A stretch of 64,000 nt of DNA from an uncultured Clostridia bacterium (GTDB lineage Bacteria > Bacillota > Clostridia > Christensenellales > UBA1242): assembly GCA_934772045.1 (NCBI GenBank), contig CAKVMH010000002.1, forward strand, positions 219,062 through 283,061. Direction: 5' to 3'. This document shows, piece after piece, positions 48,201-57,544 of this stretch. The notes beneath the pieces were generated by a model that ran no database searches, was not told the DNA's origin, and saw nothing but the letters and a program-made list of their open reading frames with translations. Both the position numbers and the translations under genes were made by a program. How positions within the stretch are numbered: position 1 is the first letter of the stretch; each line of letters opens with the position of its first letter.

Positions 48201-48279
48201 TTTAATCCTTTTTGTTGTTTAACTTTTTTATATTGGCATTTGTTAAAGTAAAAATTTGTGTTTATTGTGTTTTTGCCTT

Positions 48280-48876
48280 TTATTCACCTAAAGAATGAAG
48301 CACTTTTGCAACAATTGTTTCACCTGTATCAGTTTCAGTGGCAACTGCTTTTGCGCGCTTTGTGGCTTCCGCTTTGCTAAGCCCTAAGCTTGTAAGCACA
48401 ATTATGGCGTCGTCTAAATACTGATTAGAAGTGTCAATTTCAAATGGGTTAGAATTAGGCAACAAGAAATCAAATGGCTTAATCTTATCCTTTAATTCAA
48501 CTATTATGCGTTCGGCTGTTTTTTTGCCTATGCCTTTACATGAGCCTATAACGTTCACATCTTGTGTGACAATACTGTTGACAATTTTATTCATCTTTTC
48601 GGCAGACAAAATAGCAATGGCAGTTTTGCTCCCCACACCTGACACTGAAATAAGTTGCAAAAACAAACGCTTTTCTTCTGGGCTGACAAAACCATACAAA
48701 CTCATTTCATCTTCTCTTACGTGCATATAGGTGTAAATTTTAACTTCTTCATCTACTGCCGGCAAGCCCATCATGCAACTTTTTGTGACATATATTTGAA
48801 AACCGACACCATTACATTCCACTGTAATATTGTCGAAATCTTTATCTCTTAAAATGCCTTTAATAAAACCTATCAT
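48280..48876 (-). CDS. ruvA: Holliday junction DNA-binding protein RuvA
   Basis: MIGFIKG, LISVSGVGSKTAIAIL and GIGKKTAERI HhH motifs. Confidence 0.95.
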   Translation of the reverse strand: MIGFIKGILRDKDFDNITVECNGVGFQIYVTKSCMMGLPAVDEEVKIYTYMHVREDEMSLYGFVSPEEKRLFLQLISVSGVGSKTAIAILSAEKMNKIVNSIVTQDVNVIGSCKGIGKKTAERIIVELKDKIKPFDFLLPNSNPFEIDTSNQYLDDAIIVLTSLGLSKAEATKRAKAVATETDTGETIVAKVLHSLGE

Positions 48877-49014
48877 ATTTTCCTTTTAAATTTTCATTAT
48901 GCCGTTAAACGTAAATCTCTATTGATTACTAGTAGCCTATTTAAACAACCCTAATTTCTATAAGTAAGATTGAATTGTCTTATCTTAACGCAAACACGTT
49001 AAAACCTCTAAATG

Positions 49015-49500
49015 TTAAATTGAATTGTCGCTCATCATTGAATTTGTTTGCATATGCGTAAGTGCAACTGCAAGTGCGTCGGCAGCATCATCAGGTTTTG
49101 GTGTTTGGCTTAAACCTAAAATGTTTTTAACCATAAATTGAACTTGCTTTTTTTCAGCCCTACCATTGCCTGTCAATGCTTGCTTAATTTGAAGTGGTGT
49201 ATATTCAAAAAGTTTGTCCGTATATTGTTTTGACGCAACTATAAGCACGCCACGCGCTTCCGCCACCGGAATTGCTGTTGTGTTGTTGGTATTAAAAAAC
49301 AATTCCTCAAACGCAACTTGGTCAGGTTTAAAAGTTTCCATCAATTCGCAAGTGGCTTGATAAATTGTGTTTAAACGGCTACTGATACTCATCGATTTAG
49401 GCGTGGTAATAACACCAAAGTCCACAACTTTGCAACCATTTGTTTCAATTACGCCGTAACCAACAATGTTATAGCCTGGGTCGATGCCTAAAATTCTCAT
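49015..49500 (-). CDS. ruvC: Crossover junction endodeoxyribonuclease RuvC
   Basis: MRILGIDPG.., FEELFF, DAADALAVALTH catalytic acidic residues. Confidence 0.9.
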   Translation of the reverse strand: MRILGIDPGYNIVGYGVIETNGCKVVDFGVITTPKSMSISSRLNTIYQATCELMETFKPDQVAFEELFFNTNNTTAIPVAEARGVLIVASKQYTDKLFEYTPLQIKQALTGNGRAEKKQVQFMVKNILGLSQTPKPDDAADALAVALTHMQTNSMMSDNSI

Positions 49501-49506
49501 ATTCCT

Positions 49507-50100
49507 CTATGCTGTCTGTTGTAATTGGTCGATTAAAGAACTTACACTTGAATATAATTCATTAAAGCGAGTGTTGTCTTCGTCCAATTTATTTTTCTTA
49601 ATGTTGTAATCGCTAATCAACATTTCAATCTTATCCAATATTGCTTTGATAATCTTAACTTGTTGTTTATAACCTTTAATTACAATTGCTGGTGTATTCT
49701 CATCAACATTTGCTTTAAAGTCTTTACAAAGTTCGCTTACTTCGTGCTTGTATTCAGTTTTCAAACTGCCACAATCTTGCAATGCAACGCGATATTTTTT
49801 GCAATTGTCGTTAAATTCGGTGTTCACCACATCAACCTCACTGTTCAAGCGGTTAATTTTTGCCTTGTTTTTGCTGTAAACATTTTTACGCTCTGCTTTT
49901 GAAACAGATGAAATATCCCTTGTTATGGAACTTAAATCGTTTTTATGGTCAATCAACTGTTCAAAATAGAACGGCAAACTTGCCCTATTGTCTTCTGCAA
50001 TTAAAAGCGAACTATTATAAAGTGAAAACAAAGCGGACAATTTGTTGCGATTGTCGTTAAGTTTTTTAATTATATCAAGCAATTTGTCGTTTGTTTCCAT
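49507..50100 (-). CDS. Hypothetical coiled-coil protein
   Basis: 197 aa, heptad-rich, no recognisable family. Lies between yebC and ruvC. Confidence 0.45.
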   Translation of the reverse strand: METNDKLLDIIKKLNDNRNKLSALFSLYNSSLLIAEDNRASLPFYFEQLIDHKNDLSSITRDISSVSKAERKNVYSKNKAKINRLNSEVDVVNTEFNDNCKKYRVALQDCGSLKTEYKHEVSELCKDFKANVDENTPAIVIKGYKQQVKIIKAILDKIEMLISDYNIKKNKLDEDNTRFNELYSSVSSLIDQLQQTA

Positions 50101-50104
50101 TTAT

Positions 50105-50830
50105 CTATTCTTCCTCTAAATTATGTACAACGTCAATAACATCGTCACTTTCATTAAGTTTATCAATCATCTTGTCAAAAGTTTCGCGCTTATGTTCATC
50201 TAATGCAATGTAATTTTGTGGTATCATTTCAACACCTGAACTCAAAACTGTGTAACCACCATTTTCAAAAGCGGTAACCATTTCATTAACTGAGTTCGCG
50301 CTAGGTTCGGTGTATACTGTGAACACTTCATCATCTTCGCAGTCAACGGCGTTCATGTTGATTGCAAGTTCCATTGCGCTGTCGCTGTCAAACTTATCAT
50401 TCTTTTCAACAACCACAACACCTCGGTTATCAAACAAATAACTTACACAACCAGTAGAACCTAAACTGCCACCAAACTTATCAAAAGCGTAACGTACATC
50501 ACTGCTTGTGCGGTTTTTGTTGTCTGTGTAACATTTAACAACCACTGCAACACCGCCAACCCCATAACCTTCGTAAGTTTGTTCAACAAACGATGAATTG
50601 TCAACTTCACTGTTCTTTTTAATGATGCCGTTTATGCGGTCATTTGGCATGTTGTATTGACGCGCTTTTGCAATTGCCATTTTAAGTTTTGAATTGCTGT
50701 CAACATTTGGCCCGCCTTCCTTAACTGCAACCATAATTTCGCGCCCGATTTTTGTGAAAACCTTGCTACGCTCTGCATCTGATTTTTCTTTTCTACCTTT
50801 AATGTTGTTCCATTTACTATGTCCTGACAT
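50105..50830 (-). CDS. yebC: YebC/PmpR family DNA-binding regulator
   Basis: MSGHSKWNNIKGRKEKSDAERSKVFTK. Start moved to ATG 50830 (AGGAG upstream). Confidence 0.9.
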   Translation of the reverse strand: MSGHSKWNNIKGRKEKSDAERSKVFTKIGREIMVAVKEGGPNVDSNSKLKMAIAKARQYNMPNDRINGIIKKNSEVDNSSFVEQTYEGYGVGGVAVVVKCYTDNKNRTSSDVRYAFDKFGGSLGSTGCVSYLFDNRGVVVVEKNDKFDSDSAMELAINMNAVDCEDDEVFTVYTEPSANSVNEMVTAFENGGYTVLSSGVEMIPQNYIALDEHKRETFDKMIDKLNESDDVIDVVHNLEEE

Positions 50831-50859
50831 AAAATCTCCTATAAAATAATAATTCTGGC

Positions 50860-51570
50860 TTACATATTGCCTATTTTTTGCATAATAATGCTCCCAGCAA
50901 CGCCCGCATTTAAACTTTCCACGCAAGACATCATAGGGATTGAAACTTTGCTGTTGGCAAGTGTACGCATTTCACTGCTGACGCCATTACCTTCATTGCC
51001 TATTATAACAGATATGCGCCCTTTTGGCAAACGAATTTTGTTTAGGTTTTCACCAAACATGTCGGCAATTAAAAAGTTTTCAGCTATTTTTATTTTGTTC
51101 GCTTCAAATTCTTTAAAGTTTACCAAATGCAAACGAGCCTTTAATATTGTGCCTGCACTGCTCCTAATCACCTTTTCAGTGTAAGGGTCTGCCCCGCCGA
51201 TAAGGTAAATATCATTAAAATTGAACGCCAGTGCACTGCGGATAAGTGTGCCAACATTGCCTGGGTCTTGCACATTGTCCAACACAAGCGAATTACCAAC
51301 TGCATCAATTCCATACTCTTTAATTTTACATACACAAATGATGCTTTGTGGTGTTTTTGTCGTTGCCAAACTATCAAATGTTTTTTTATTGACGTATGTG
51401 GTGTTATTAAACCCTTTTAATTCGCTGTTTGTAGTTATGGTTTGCAAAATATCGATGTTAGCGTTTAATAAATCGTGACAAAATTTGTCGCCTTCAACTA
51501 AAAAAATCTTGTTGTCATGCCTATAATCTTTGTCTTTTAAATTCTTAATTTCTGCCTTTGTTAGTTCCAT
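50860..51570 (-). CDS. TrmH/SpoU family RNA 2'-O-methyltransferase
   Basis: DNVQDPGNVGTLIRSA, IGNEGNGVS, ESLNAGVAGSI motifs. Confidence 0.8.
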   Translation of the reverse strand: MELTKAEIKNLKDKDYRHDNKIFLVEGDKFCHDLLNANIDILQTITTNSELKGFNNTTYVNKKTFDSLATTKTPQSIICVCKIKEYGIDAVGNSLVLDNVQDPGNVGTLIRSALAFNFNDIYLIGGADPYTEKVIRSSAGTILKARLHLVNFKEFEANKIKIAENFLIADMFGENLNKIRLPKGRISVIIGNEGNGVSSEMRTLANSKVSIPMMSCVESLNAGVAGSIIMQKIGNM

Positions 51571-51706
51571 GTTTATAGTATAACAAAGTTAAAATCGCCA
51601 GTCAAATCAAATTAAGCGTGGTAACTTTCAAATATTTAAACTACTTTTATAGGTTTTTGTTAATGCAATAAGAAATTTTATAATTACTCTTCTAATAATA
51701 CATACA

Positions 51707-51731
51707 AAAAAAACCACCGAAGTGGTTTTAA
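51707..51731 (-). terminator. Terminator after the nucleotidyltransferase gene
   Basis: Minus strand aaccac-ttcg-gtggtt followed by T8. Confidence 0.8.
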
Positions 51732-51733
51732 AA

Positions 51734-52651
51734 TTAATCAACATTTGTTGTTGTGCCGTCCCACAAACTTTTTGGGTAAATTTTGTGTTCAGTCAATTCT
51801 TTTAATCCATTAACAACGCTTTCTTTATCTTCTTTGTAAGTTACGCCAAGCCATTTTGCATTAGTTGGTTTAACCTGAACATCAATAGCACCATTTTTAA
51901 CCATTTTGTCTACCACTGTTGGCAACAGGAACTCGGCTTTCAATGGATTTTCTTCAATGGCAGTTGCCAAAAACCTAGGAAATTCCCTGTCAAGCACCTT
52001 AAAGATTTTAGGTGTAAAGCACCACATGTTCATTGACACAACTTGGTCTTCATCAACTATAAATGATGTATCATAATCTAATGGAGTTGCATAAATTTCG
52101 CCATCAATTTTTTCAATCGAACTTTCAATTATATCAATCAATTTTCCATTAGCTGTTTTGCATACACCACGTTTTGCTGCACCATTTTCACTTAATGTGT
52201 TTATAACTTTGTATGCCACCAAACCAAAATTTAAGCCTGAATTTGATTGAATAAAACGGCTGGCGGTCAAATATGCGTCAAGGCCATAAAAATCGTCGGC
52301 ATTCACAATGGCAAAGTCATCTTTTACCACATTTTTACAGCACCAAATAGCATGACCAGTACCCCATGGTTTCACCCTACCTTCTGGAACAGTGTAGCCA
52401 TATGGCAAATTTTCAAGTTCTTGGAACACATATTCAACTTTAATTTTATCCTCAACACGCTTACCAACAGTGTTGCGGAAAATTTCATAATTTTCTTTTT
52501 TGATAATGAAAATCACACGGTCAAAACCAGCGCGAATTGCATCATAAATTGAATAGTCAATAATAAATTCATTATTTTCATTTACAGGCTCAATTTGTTT
52601 AAGCCCTCCGAAACGGCTACCCATACCAGCCGCCATAATAACTAAATCCAT
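51734..52651 (-). CDS. Sugar-phosphate nucleotidyltransferase family protein
   Basis: MAAGMGSRFGGLKQ N-terminal signature and VNADDFYG. Start moved to ATG 52651 (MDLVIMAAG). Confidence 0.7.
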   Translation of the reverse strand: MDLVIMAAGMGSRFGGLKQIEPVNENNEFIIDYSIYDAIRAGFDRVIFIIKKENYEIFRNTVGKRVEDKIKVEYVFQELENLPYGYTVPEGRVKPWGTGHAIWCCKNVVKDDFAIVNADDFYGLDAYLTASRFIQSNSGLNFGLVAYKVINTLSENGAAKRGVCKTANGKLIDIIESSIEKIDGEIYATPLDYDTSFIVDEDQVVSMNMWCFTPKIFKVLDREFPRFLATAIEENPLKAEFLLPTVVDKMVKNGAIDVQVKPTNAKWLGVTYKEDKESVVNGLKELTEHKIYPKSLWDGTTTNVD

Positions 52652-52769
52652 AAAAATCCTTTTAGTGGCTATGCCACACCTTTTAGGTTTAGGCATATTA
52701 CCACGGAATATAACTTTTGTCAAACAAAAAAGAAAATATTTTTAGCAAATTATTCAATTGTTGTATATA

Positions 52770-52950
52770 AAAAAGTTGGTATTTCAACCAACTTCTCTCA
52801 CTATGCGTTTTTTGCTGTTTCCACAAGCTTAGCAAATGCTTCGTTAACCACTTCTCTTCGTTCGTGGGAAAGGAAACAAAAAGTTGGTATTTCAACCAAC
52901 TTCTCTCACTATGCGTTTTTTGCTGTTTCCACAAGCTTAGCAAATGCTTC
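52770..52950. repeat. 73-bp direct repeat (offset 108 bp) duplicating the rplT 3' end plus its terminator
   Basis: 52770-52842 is identical to 52878-52950. The copies are separated by a unique 35-bp spacer. Confidence 0.9.
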
Positions 52951-53256
52951 CTTATCGCAAACAGCCATATCTGCAAGAACTTTGCGGTTAAGGTCTATAT
53001 TAGCCTTTTTAAGCCCTGCAATGAATTTGCTGTATGAAATTGCATTTTCACGGCAAGCAGCGTTAATACGGGTAATCCATAATGAACGCATGTCGCGTTT
53101 TTTCATTTTACGACCAGCGTAAGCGTATTGACCAGATTTCATAACTGCTTGGCGAGCAACACGATATAATTTTGATTTAGCACCACGATAACCCTTTGCT
53201 TCTTTTAAAACTGCACGGCGTTTCTTGGTTGCATTAACTGCGCGTTTAATTCTCAT
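52909..53256 (-). CDS. rplT: 50S ribosomal protein L20
   Basis: [26 protein letters not shown]... Confidence 0.97.
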   Translation of the reverse strand: MRIKRAVNATKKRRAVLKEAKGYRGAKSKLYRVARQAVMKSGQYAYAGRKMKKRDMRSLWITRINAACRENAISYSKFIAGLKKANIDLNRKVLADMAVCDKEAFAKLVETAKNA

Positions 53257-53266
53257 ATTCAGCCTC

Positions 53267-53455
53267 CTAAATCATTTCCTTAATGTTTCTTTCATATTGT
53301 TTTGAAACATAACCGGTTTTCCTTAAATTTCTTTTTCTCTTACGAGATTTCTTTGTTAAAATGTGGCCTTTGCCGTCGTGCATCATTTTAACTTTGCCTG
53401 TGCCAGTGAGTTTGAAACGCTTAGCAACAGTTTTTCTTGTTTTCATTTTTGGCAT
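53267..53455 (-). CDS. rpmI: 50S ribosomal protein L35
   Basis: [22 protein letters not shown]... Confidence 0.97.
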   Translation of the reverse strand: MPKMKTRKTVAKRFKLTGTGKVKMMHDGKGHILTKKSRKRKRNLRKTGYVSKQYERNIKEMI

Positions 53456-53534
53456 AAAATTTCTCCTTATATAAATTTGTAAAATGTAGTTTTAAATGTT
53501 GATTTTGCAGAACCATTTTGATCCTATTTCAACA

Positions 53535-54062
53535 TTATTTTTTTGAAATTGGTGCAAGGAACATAAAGATGTTGCGCCCATTTACTTCTGGTTGTTTGTC
53601 AATTTGCCCTACACTAGCGCACATTTCAGCAAAGCGACGCATAATGTCAACACCGACTTGTGGGCGTGCTTGGAGCCTGCCGAACATACGTATGTTAACT
53701 TTAACTTTGCTTCCGTCTGCTAAAAATTTGCAAACCTGTTTTGCTTTAATTTCCAAATCGTGGTCGTCAATTGTCATGCTTAAAGACATTTCTTTAAGTT
53801 GAGCAACTTTTTGCGCCTTTTTTTGGTCTTTCAATTTTTTAAGTTCATCGAAGCGGTATTTACCATAGTCCATAATCTTGCAAACTGGTGGTTTAGCATC
53901 AGGCGCAATAAGGACAAGGTCCAACTCATAACTTGAAGCAACTTCAAGTGCTTTTTCGCTTGACATCATGCCAAGTTGTTCACTGTTTGGGCCAATTAAG
54001 CGTACTTCTGGCAAAACAATTTGTTCATTCTTAAGTGATTCTTTCAAATTTCCTCCTACCAA
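53535..54062 (-). CDS. infC: Translation initiation factor IF-3 (non-AUG start)
   Basis: INEQI..PEVRLIG, C-terminal domain. There is no in-frame ATG near the 5' end. AGGAGG sits just upstream of an in-frame TTG five codons inside the ORF (about 54047), which gives the usual N-terminal length. Confidence 0.9.
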   Translation of the reverse strand: MVGGNLKESLKNEQIVLPEVRLIGPNSEQLGMMSSEKALEVASSYELDLVLIAPDAKPPVCKIMDYGKYRFDELKKLKDQKKAQKVAQLKEMSLSMTIDDHDLEIKAKQVCKFLADGSKVKVNIRMFGRLQARPQVGVDIMRRFAEMCASVGQIDKQPEVNGRNIFMFLAPISKK

Positions 54063-54260
54063 AGAAAAGTTTCACACCCCATTTTGTTTTGTAAAACAAA
54101 AAATGGGTTACTTTATGTAAAAGCACCCATAACAAAAACTCCAAATTAATGCAATTTGCATATAACAAATTCAAATGTATTAATTTAAAACCATTGTCGC
54201 TTTTGCTTCAAGGTGAGAAGTTATTACTCCTACTTTTACGCCTTCATTATAACAATGTTT
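54063..54260 (-). promoter_or_regulatory. Putative L20-responsive leader / attenuator of the infC-rpmI-rplT operon
   Basis: Minus strand has a TATAAT-like box near 54250, then a long hairpin cccattttttgtttt-ac-aaaacaaaatgggg followed by a U-rich tract just before infC. The analogy is to the Firmicute L20 leader. Not verified by covariance model. Confidence 0.4.
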
Positions 54261-54374
54261 TAAATTTATGTCAACATTTTTAACTAAAGTTTTCAAAAAT
54301 TTTATTTAACTAATCTCTTTAACATTTTCGACTATTTTTTATAGTTTGCCATATTCGCTATACAATGTTTTATC

Positions 54375-55025
54375 TTATTTAAGCCCACCATCAATGACAT
54401 GCCAACCATTTTTATGTGCGAGTTTAACATTCACTTCTATTTCTTTTTCGGTTAAATCGTCTTTTCTGCCACCATCAATAACTTTCCAACCTGTCCTTTT
54501 TAAAGTGTTTTGTTTGGCTTTGGATAATAAGTCGCAACAGTTTAAATAGTATTTTTGCATATCTTTTGATGTAAACCTTGCCCTATCTAAAATTATGTCA
54601 CACAATTTATTAACCTTTTCATAATCGTCAAATGAAACGATATTGTTCAGTTTCTTTATTAACTTTTTAAGATTTACTTCATTTAATTGCCCTTTGTTTA
54701 ACTCACTAATGATAAAATCAAGCAATAAATCCGCTTCATCAATGTAAAGTGAACTTACAATTTTTATAATGCCATCATATTCATCTTTCTTAAAGCCGTC
54801 CATAAGAAAGGTGTTTGTTAATACAAAAAGAATGTTTTTAAAATCGAGTTCAAAAAACAACTCAACTGGTGGAATGTAGTATTCCAATTCGTCAAAAACA
54901 TCATAAAGCGTTTCGTCGTCATCGTCTTTTAATGCTGTAAAATACGCCTCACGCAATTTTGTTAGATATTCATCTTCATCTCTAACATTTTGGCGGTGCA
55001 CCGCCATTCTCTCTTCGTCTGTCAT
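54375..55025 (-). CDS. Hypothetical protein with a tandem C-terminal GW-x-VIDGG-x-K motif
   Basis: Start moved to ATG 55025 (MTDEERMAVH). No family recognised. Confidence 0.5.
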   Translation of the reverse strand: MTDEERMAVHRQNVRDEDEYLTKLREAYFTALKDDDDETLYDVFDELEYYIPPVELFFELDFKNILFVLTNTFLMDGFKKDEYDGIIKIVSSLYIDEADLLLDFIISELNKGQLNEVNLKKLIKKLNNIVSFDDYEKVNKLCDIILDRARFTSKDMQKYYLNCCDLLSKAKQNTLKRTGWKVIDGGRKDDLTEKEIEVNVKLAHKNGWHVIDGGLK

Positions 55026-55203
55026 GCAAAAATGATAACACGCAATCCCATGTTTGTCAATACCTAAATTTTTAAAAATTTGCAGATGAAACAGCAAAAT
55101 CACATTGCATTTTTTAACAAAAAAAAGGAACACTAGTTTAAATATAGTGTTCCATAATTTTTTGATTACAAATTTTAAAACCTTTTGTTACTCGCGTCGA
55201 ATT

Positions 55204-56979
55204 TTAAAGTTGACGGTTTTTAATGTCAGTTAAAACAAGTGTTTCAAAGTCAGCATACGACATTGTTTCAGTGTCCTTGCTACCGCGCTTGCGCACTGCA
55301 ACTGTGCCGTCCGCCATTTCCTTGTCGCCAAGCACCAAAATGTAAGGCACTTTTTCAAGCACAGCGCTACGGATTTTTTTGCCGACAGACTCGTTGTCTA
55401 AGTCCGCTTCAACCCTGACACCTTTTACACGCAATTTATTTTCAACTTGTTTTGCGTATTCAGCGTTATTTTCGCTTACTGTGATGATTTTTGTTTGAAC
55501 TGGGCTCAACCATGTTGGCAATGCACCTTTTGTTTCTTCCAAAACGAAAGCAACAAACCTGTCAAGTGAGCCAAGAATTGCACGGTGAATAACAACTGGA
55601 CGAACTTTTTGGTTGTTTTCGTCAATATATTCAAGTTCAAACCTTTCTGGCAACTGATAATCAAGTTGAACAGTTGAAAGTGTGATGTCGTGCCCAATTG
55701 CAGATTCAACTTGCACATCAATTTTAGGGCCATAAAATGCGGCTTCACCTTCCGCTTCATAATATTCAGCACCACTCGCTTTCAAAATTTCACGCAAAGC
55801 TGTTTCGCTCTTTGCCCAGAGTTCATCATTACCGAAATATTTTTCAGTATTTTTAGGGTCACGCAAAGACAAGCGGAATTTATATTTTTTAAAGCCAAAA
55901 TCTTTGTATACATCTAAAATAAGGTCAATAACGCCTTGAATTTCACTCCTTATTTGGTCTGGACGACAGAAAATGTGGCAGTCATTTTGTGTGAATGCCC
56001 TTGTGCGTTCAATACCGCAAAGTGAACCGCTTGCTTCGTACCTAAAATCGTTTGCAATTTCAGCAATACGCAAAGGTAAATCGCGGTAAGAATGTTGGAA
56101 ATTCTTGTACATAACCATGTGGTGTGGGCAGTTCATAGGACGAAGCACAAACGATTCTTCCCCGTCCCTTTGCATTGCTGGGAACATGTCGTCTTTATAG
56201 TGTTCCCAATGCCCAGATGTTTTGTAAAGATTAACGTTGCCTAATGATGGTGTCATAACATGCAAATAACCCAAAGCAATTTCCTTATTCATAATATAAT
56301 CATTCAATTGACGGCGCAAAATAAAGCCTTTTGGCAACCACATTGGAAGCCCACGCCCAACAAGGTCATCGAACATAAATATGCCCATTTCTTTGCCTAT
56401 TTTACGGTGGTCACGTTCGCGTGCTTCTTGCTCTAAACGCAAACATTCTTTCAAATCGTCCTTATTTAAAAAGCCGTAAACATAAACACGTGTAAGCATT
56501 TTGTTCTTTTCACTGCCACGCCAATATGCCCCACTTGACCTATTGATTTTAAAACTAAAACCACGCAAAAATTTGGTATTTTCAACATGTGGGCCACGGC
56601 AAAGGTCGTAAAAATCACTGCCTGTATGGTAAACTGAAATTACGCTATCTTCTGGCAAATCTAAAATAAGTTCAGTTTTATAAGGTTCATCTTTAAACAT
56701 TTCAAGTGCTTGAGCGCGGGTTACTTCACTGCGCACAAAATCTTCGTTGCGGGCAATTATTTCCTTCATTTTGTCTTCAATTTTGGCAAAATCGTCTTGA
56801 TTTATTGTCAAATTGTCAAAATCGTAATAAAAACCATTGTCAATTGCTGGGCCAATTGCCAATTTTACATTTGGATATAATTCCTTAATGGCTTTTGCAA
56901 GCACATGTGCCATACTGTGGCGGTACATTTCTTGCTTCTTGTTAAATTCTTCTTGTTTTTCAAGTTCTTCTTTTTCCAT
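55204..56979 (-). CDS. thrS: Threonyl-tRNA synthetase lacking the N-terminal TGS domain
   Basis: 591 aa. It starts about 20 aa before the editing-domain HSMAHVLA motif. Class II core (FRYE-like DFRYEASG, GIERT) and a C-terminal anticodon-binding domain. Confidence 0.93.
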   Translation of the reverse strand: MEKEELEKQEEFNKKQEMYRHSMAHVLAKAIKELYPNVKLAIGPAIDNGFYYDFDNLTINQDDFAKIEDKMKEIIARNEDFVRSEVTRAQALEMFKDEPYKTELILDLPEDSVISVYHTGSDFYDLCRGPHVENTKFLRGFSFKINRSSGAYWRGSEKNKMLTRVYVYGFLNKDDLKECLRLEQEARERDHRKIGKEMGIFMFDDLVGRGLPMWLPKGFILRRQLNDYIMNKEIALGYLHVMTPSLGNVNLYKTSGHWEHYKDDMFPAMQRDGEESFVLRPMNCPHHMVMYKNFQHSYRDLPLRIAEIANDFRYEASGSLCGIERTRAFTQNDCHIFCRPDQIRSEIQGVIDLILDVYKDFGFKKYKFRLSLRDPKNTEKYFGNDELWAKSETALREILKASGAEYYEAEGEAAFYGPKIDVQVESAIGHDITLSTVQLDYQLPERFELEYIDENNQKVRPVVIHRAILGSLDRFVAFVLEETKGALPTWLSPVQTKIITVSENNAEYAKQVENKLRVKGVRVEADLDNESVGKKIRSAVLEKVPYILVLGDKEMADGTVAVRKRGSKDTETMSYADFETLVLTDIKNRQL

Positions 56980-57257
56980 AATATTCTCCTTTTAATAAGG
57001 GGAATTTTATATCACTCTTAGATATAATTTCTCCCTTTTTGATTGGTAATTGCTTGCTAATTAGCAAGCAAATGGAGATTTTTATATCGCTCGTAGATAT
57101 AATATTCTCCTTTTGCCAAGGTTACTCAAATTTTTGTTTTAATTTTTACCAAATTTATTTAGCCATAATAAATTTGGTTTTTTTGCCAAATTTATTTTAT
57201 CATATAAATTTGGGTTTTTGCCAAATTTACCAACTTTAACAATTTGGTTTTAAAAAC

Positions 57258-57470
57258 AAAAAACCCTAGCATTTTGTTATGCTAGGGACGATTTTTAACC
57301 GCGGTTCCACCCTAATTAGTGAACTAAATTCACTCACTTGTTTTGCAAGTTTACTTGCGTCGACCTAATTGGTGGTTTCACTTAAAAGTTTGATGCGCAA
57401 ATTCCAGCCAGCGTGCGCTCTCTCTTATCATTGACTTTTAACCTACTTGTCCAATCAATAATCTATTGAG
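57258..57470 (-). promoter_or_regulatory. T-box riboswitch leader (specifier ACC, Thr) upstream of thrS
   Basis: Minus strand has AGAGAGAGCGCA...GCTGG stem I, GTGAA-ACC-A specifier candidate, T-box AATTAGGGTGGAACCGCGG, and terminator ccctagc-ataacaaaat-gctaggg followed by T6. Confidence 0.8.
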
Positions 57471-57544
57471 TTACCTTTATTTTACAACCCCAAAACCACA
57501 AAGTCAAGGGTTTTGTTCTTAATCTTTGATAAAATCCAAGACAA

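Noticed and set aside
52698-52976. 92-aa ORF with an internal peptide repeat ([22 protein letters not shown] twice)
   Set aside because: The peptide repeat is just an out-of-frame translation of the duplicated rplT 3' end and terminator, and the ORF overlaps genuine rplT.
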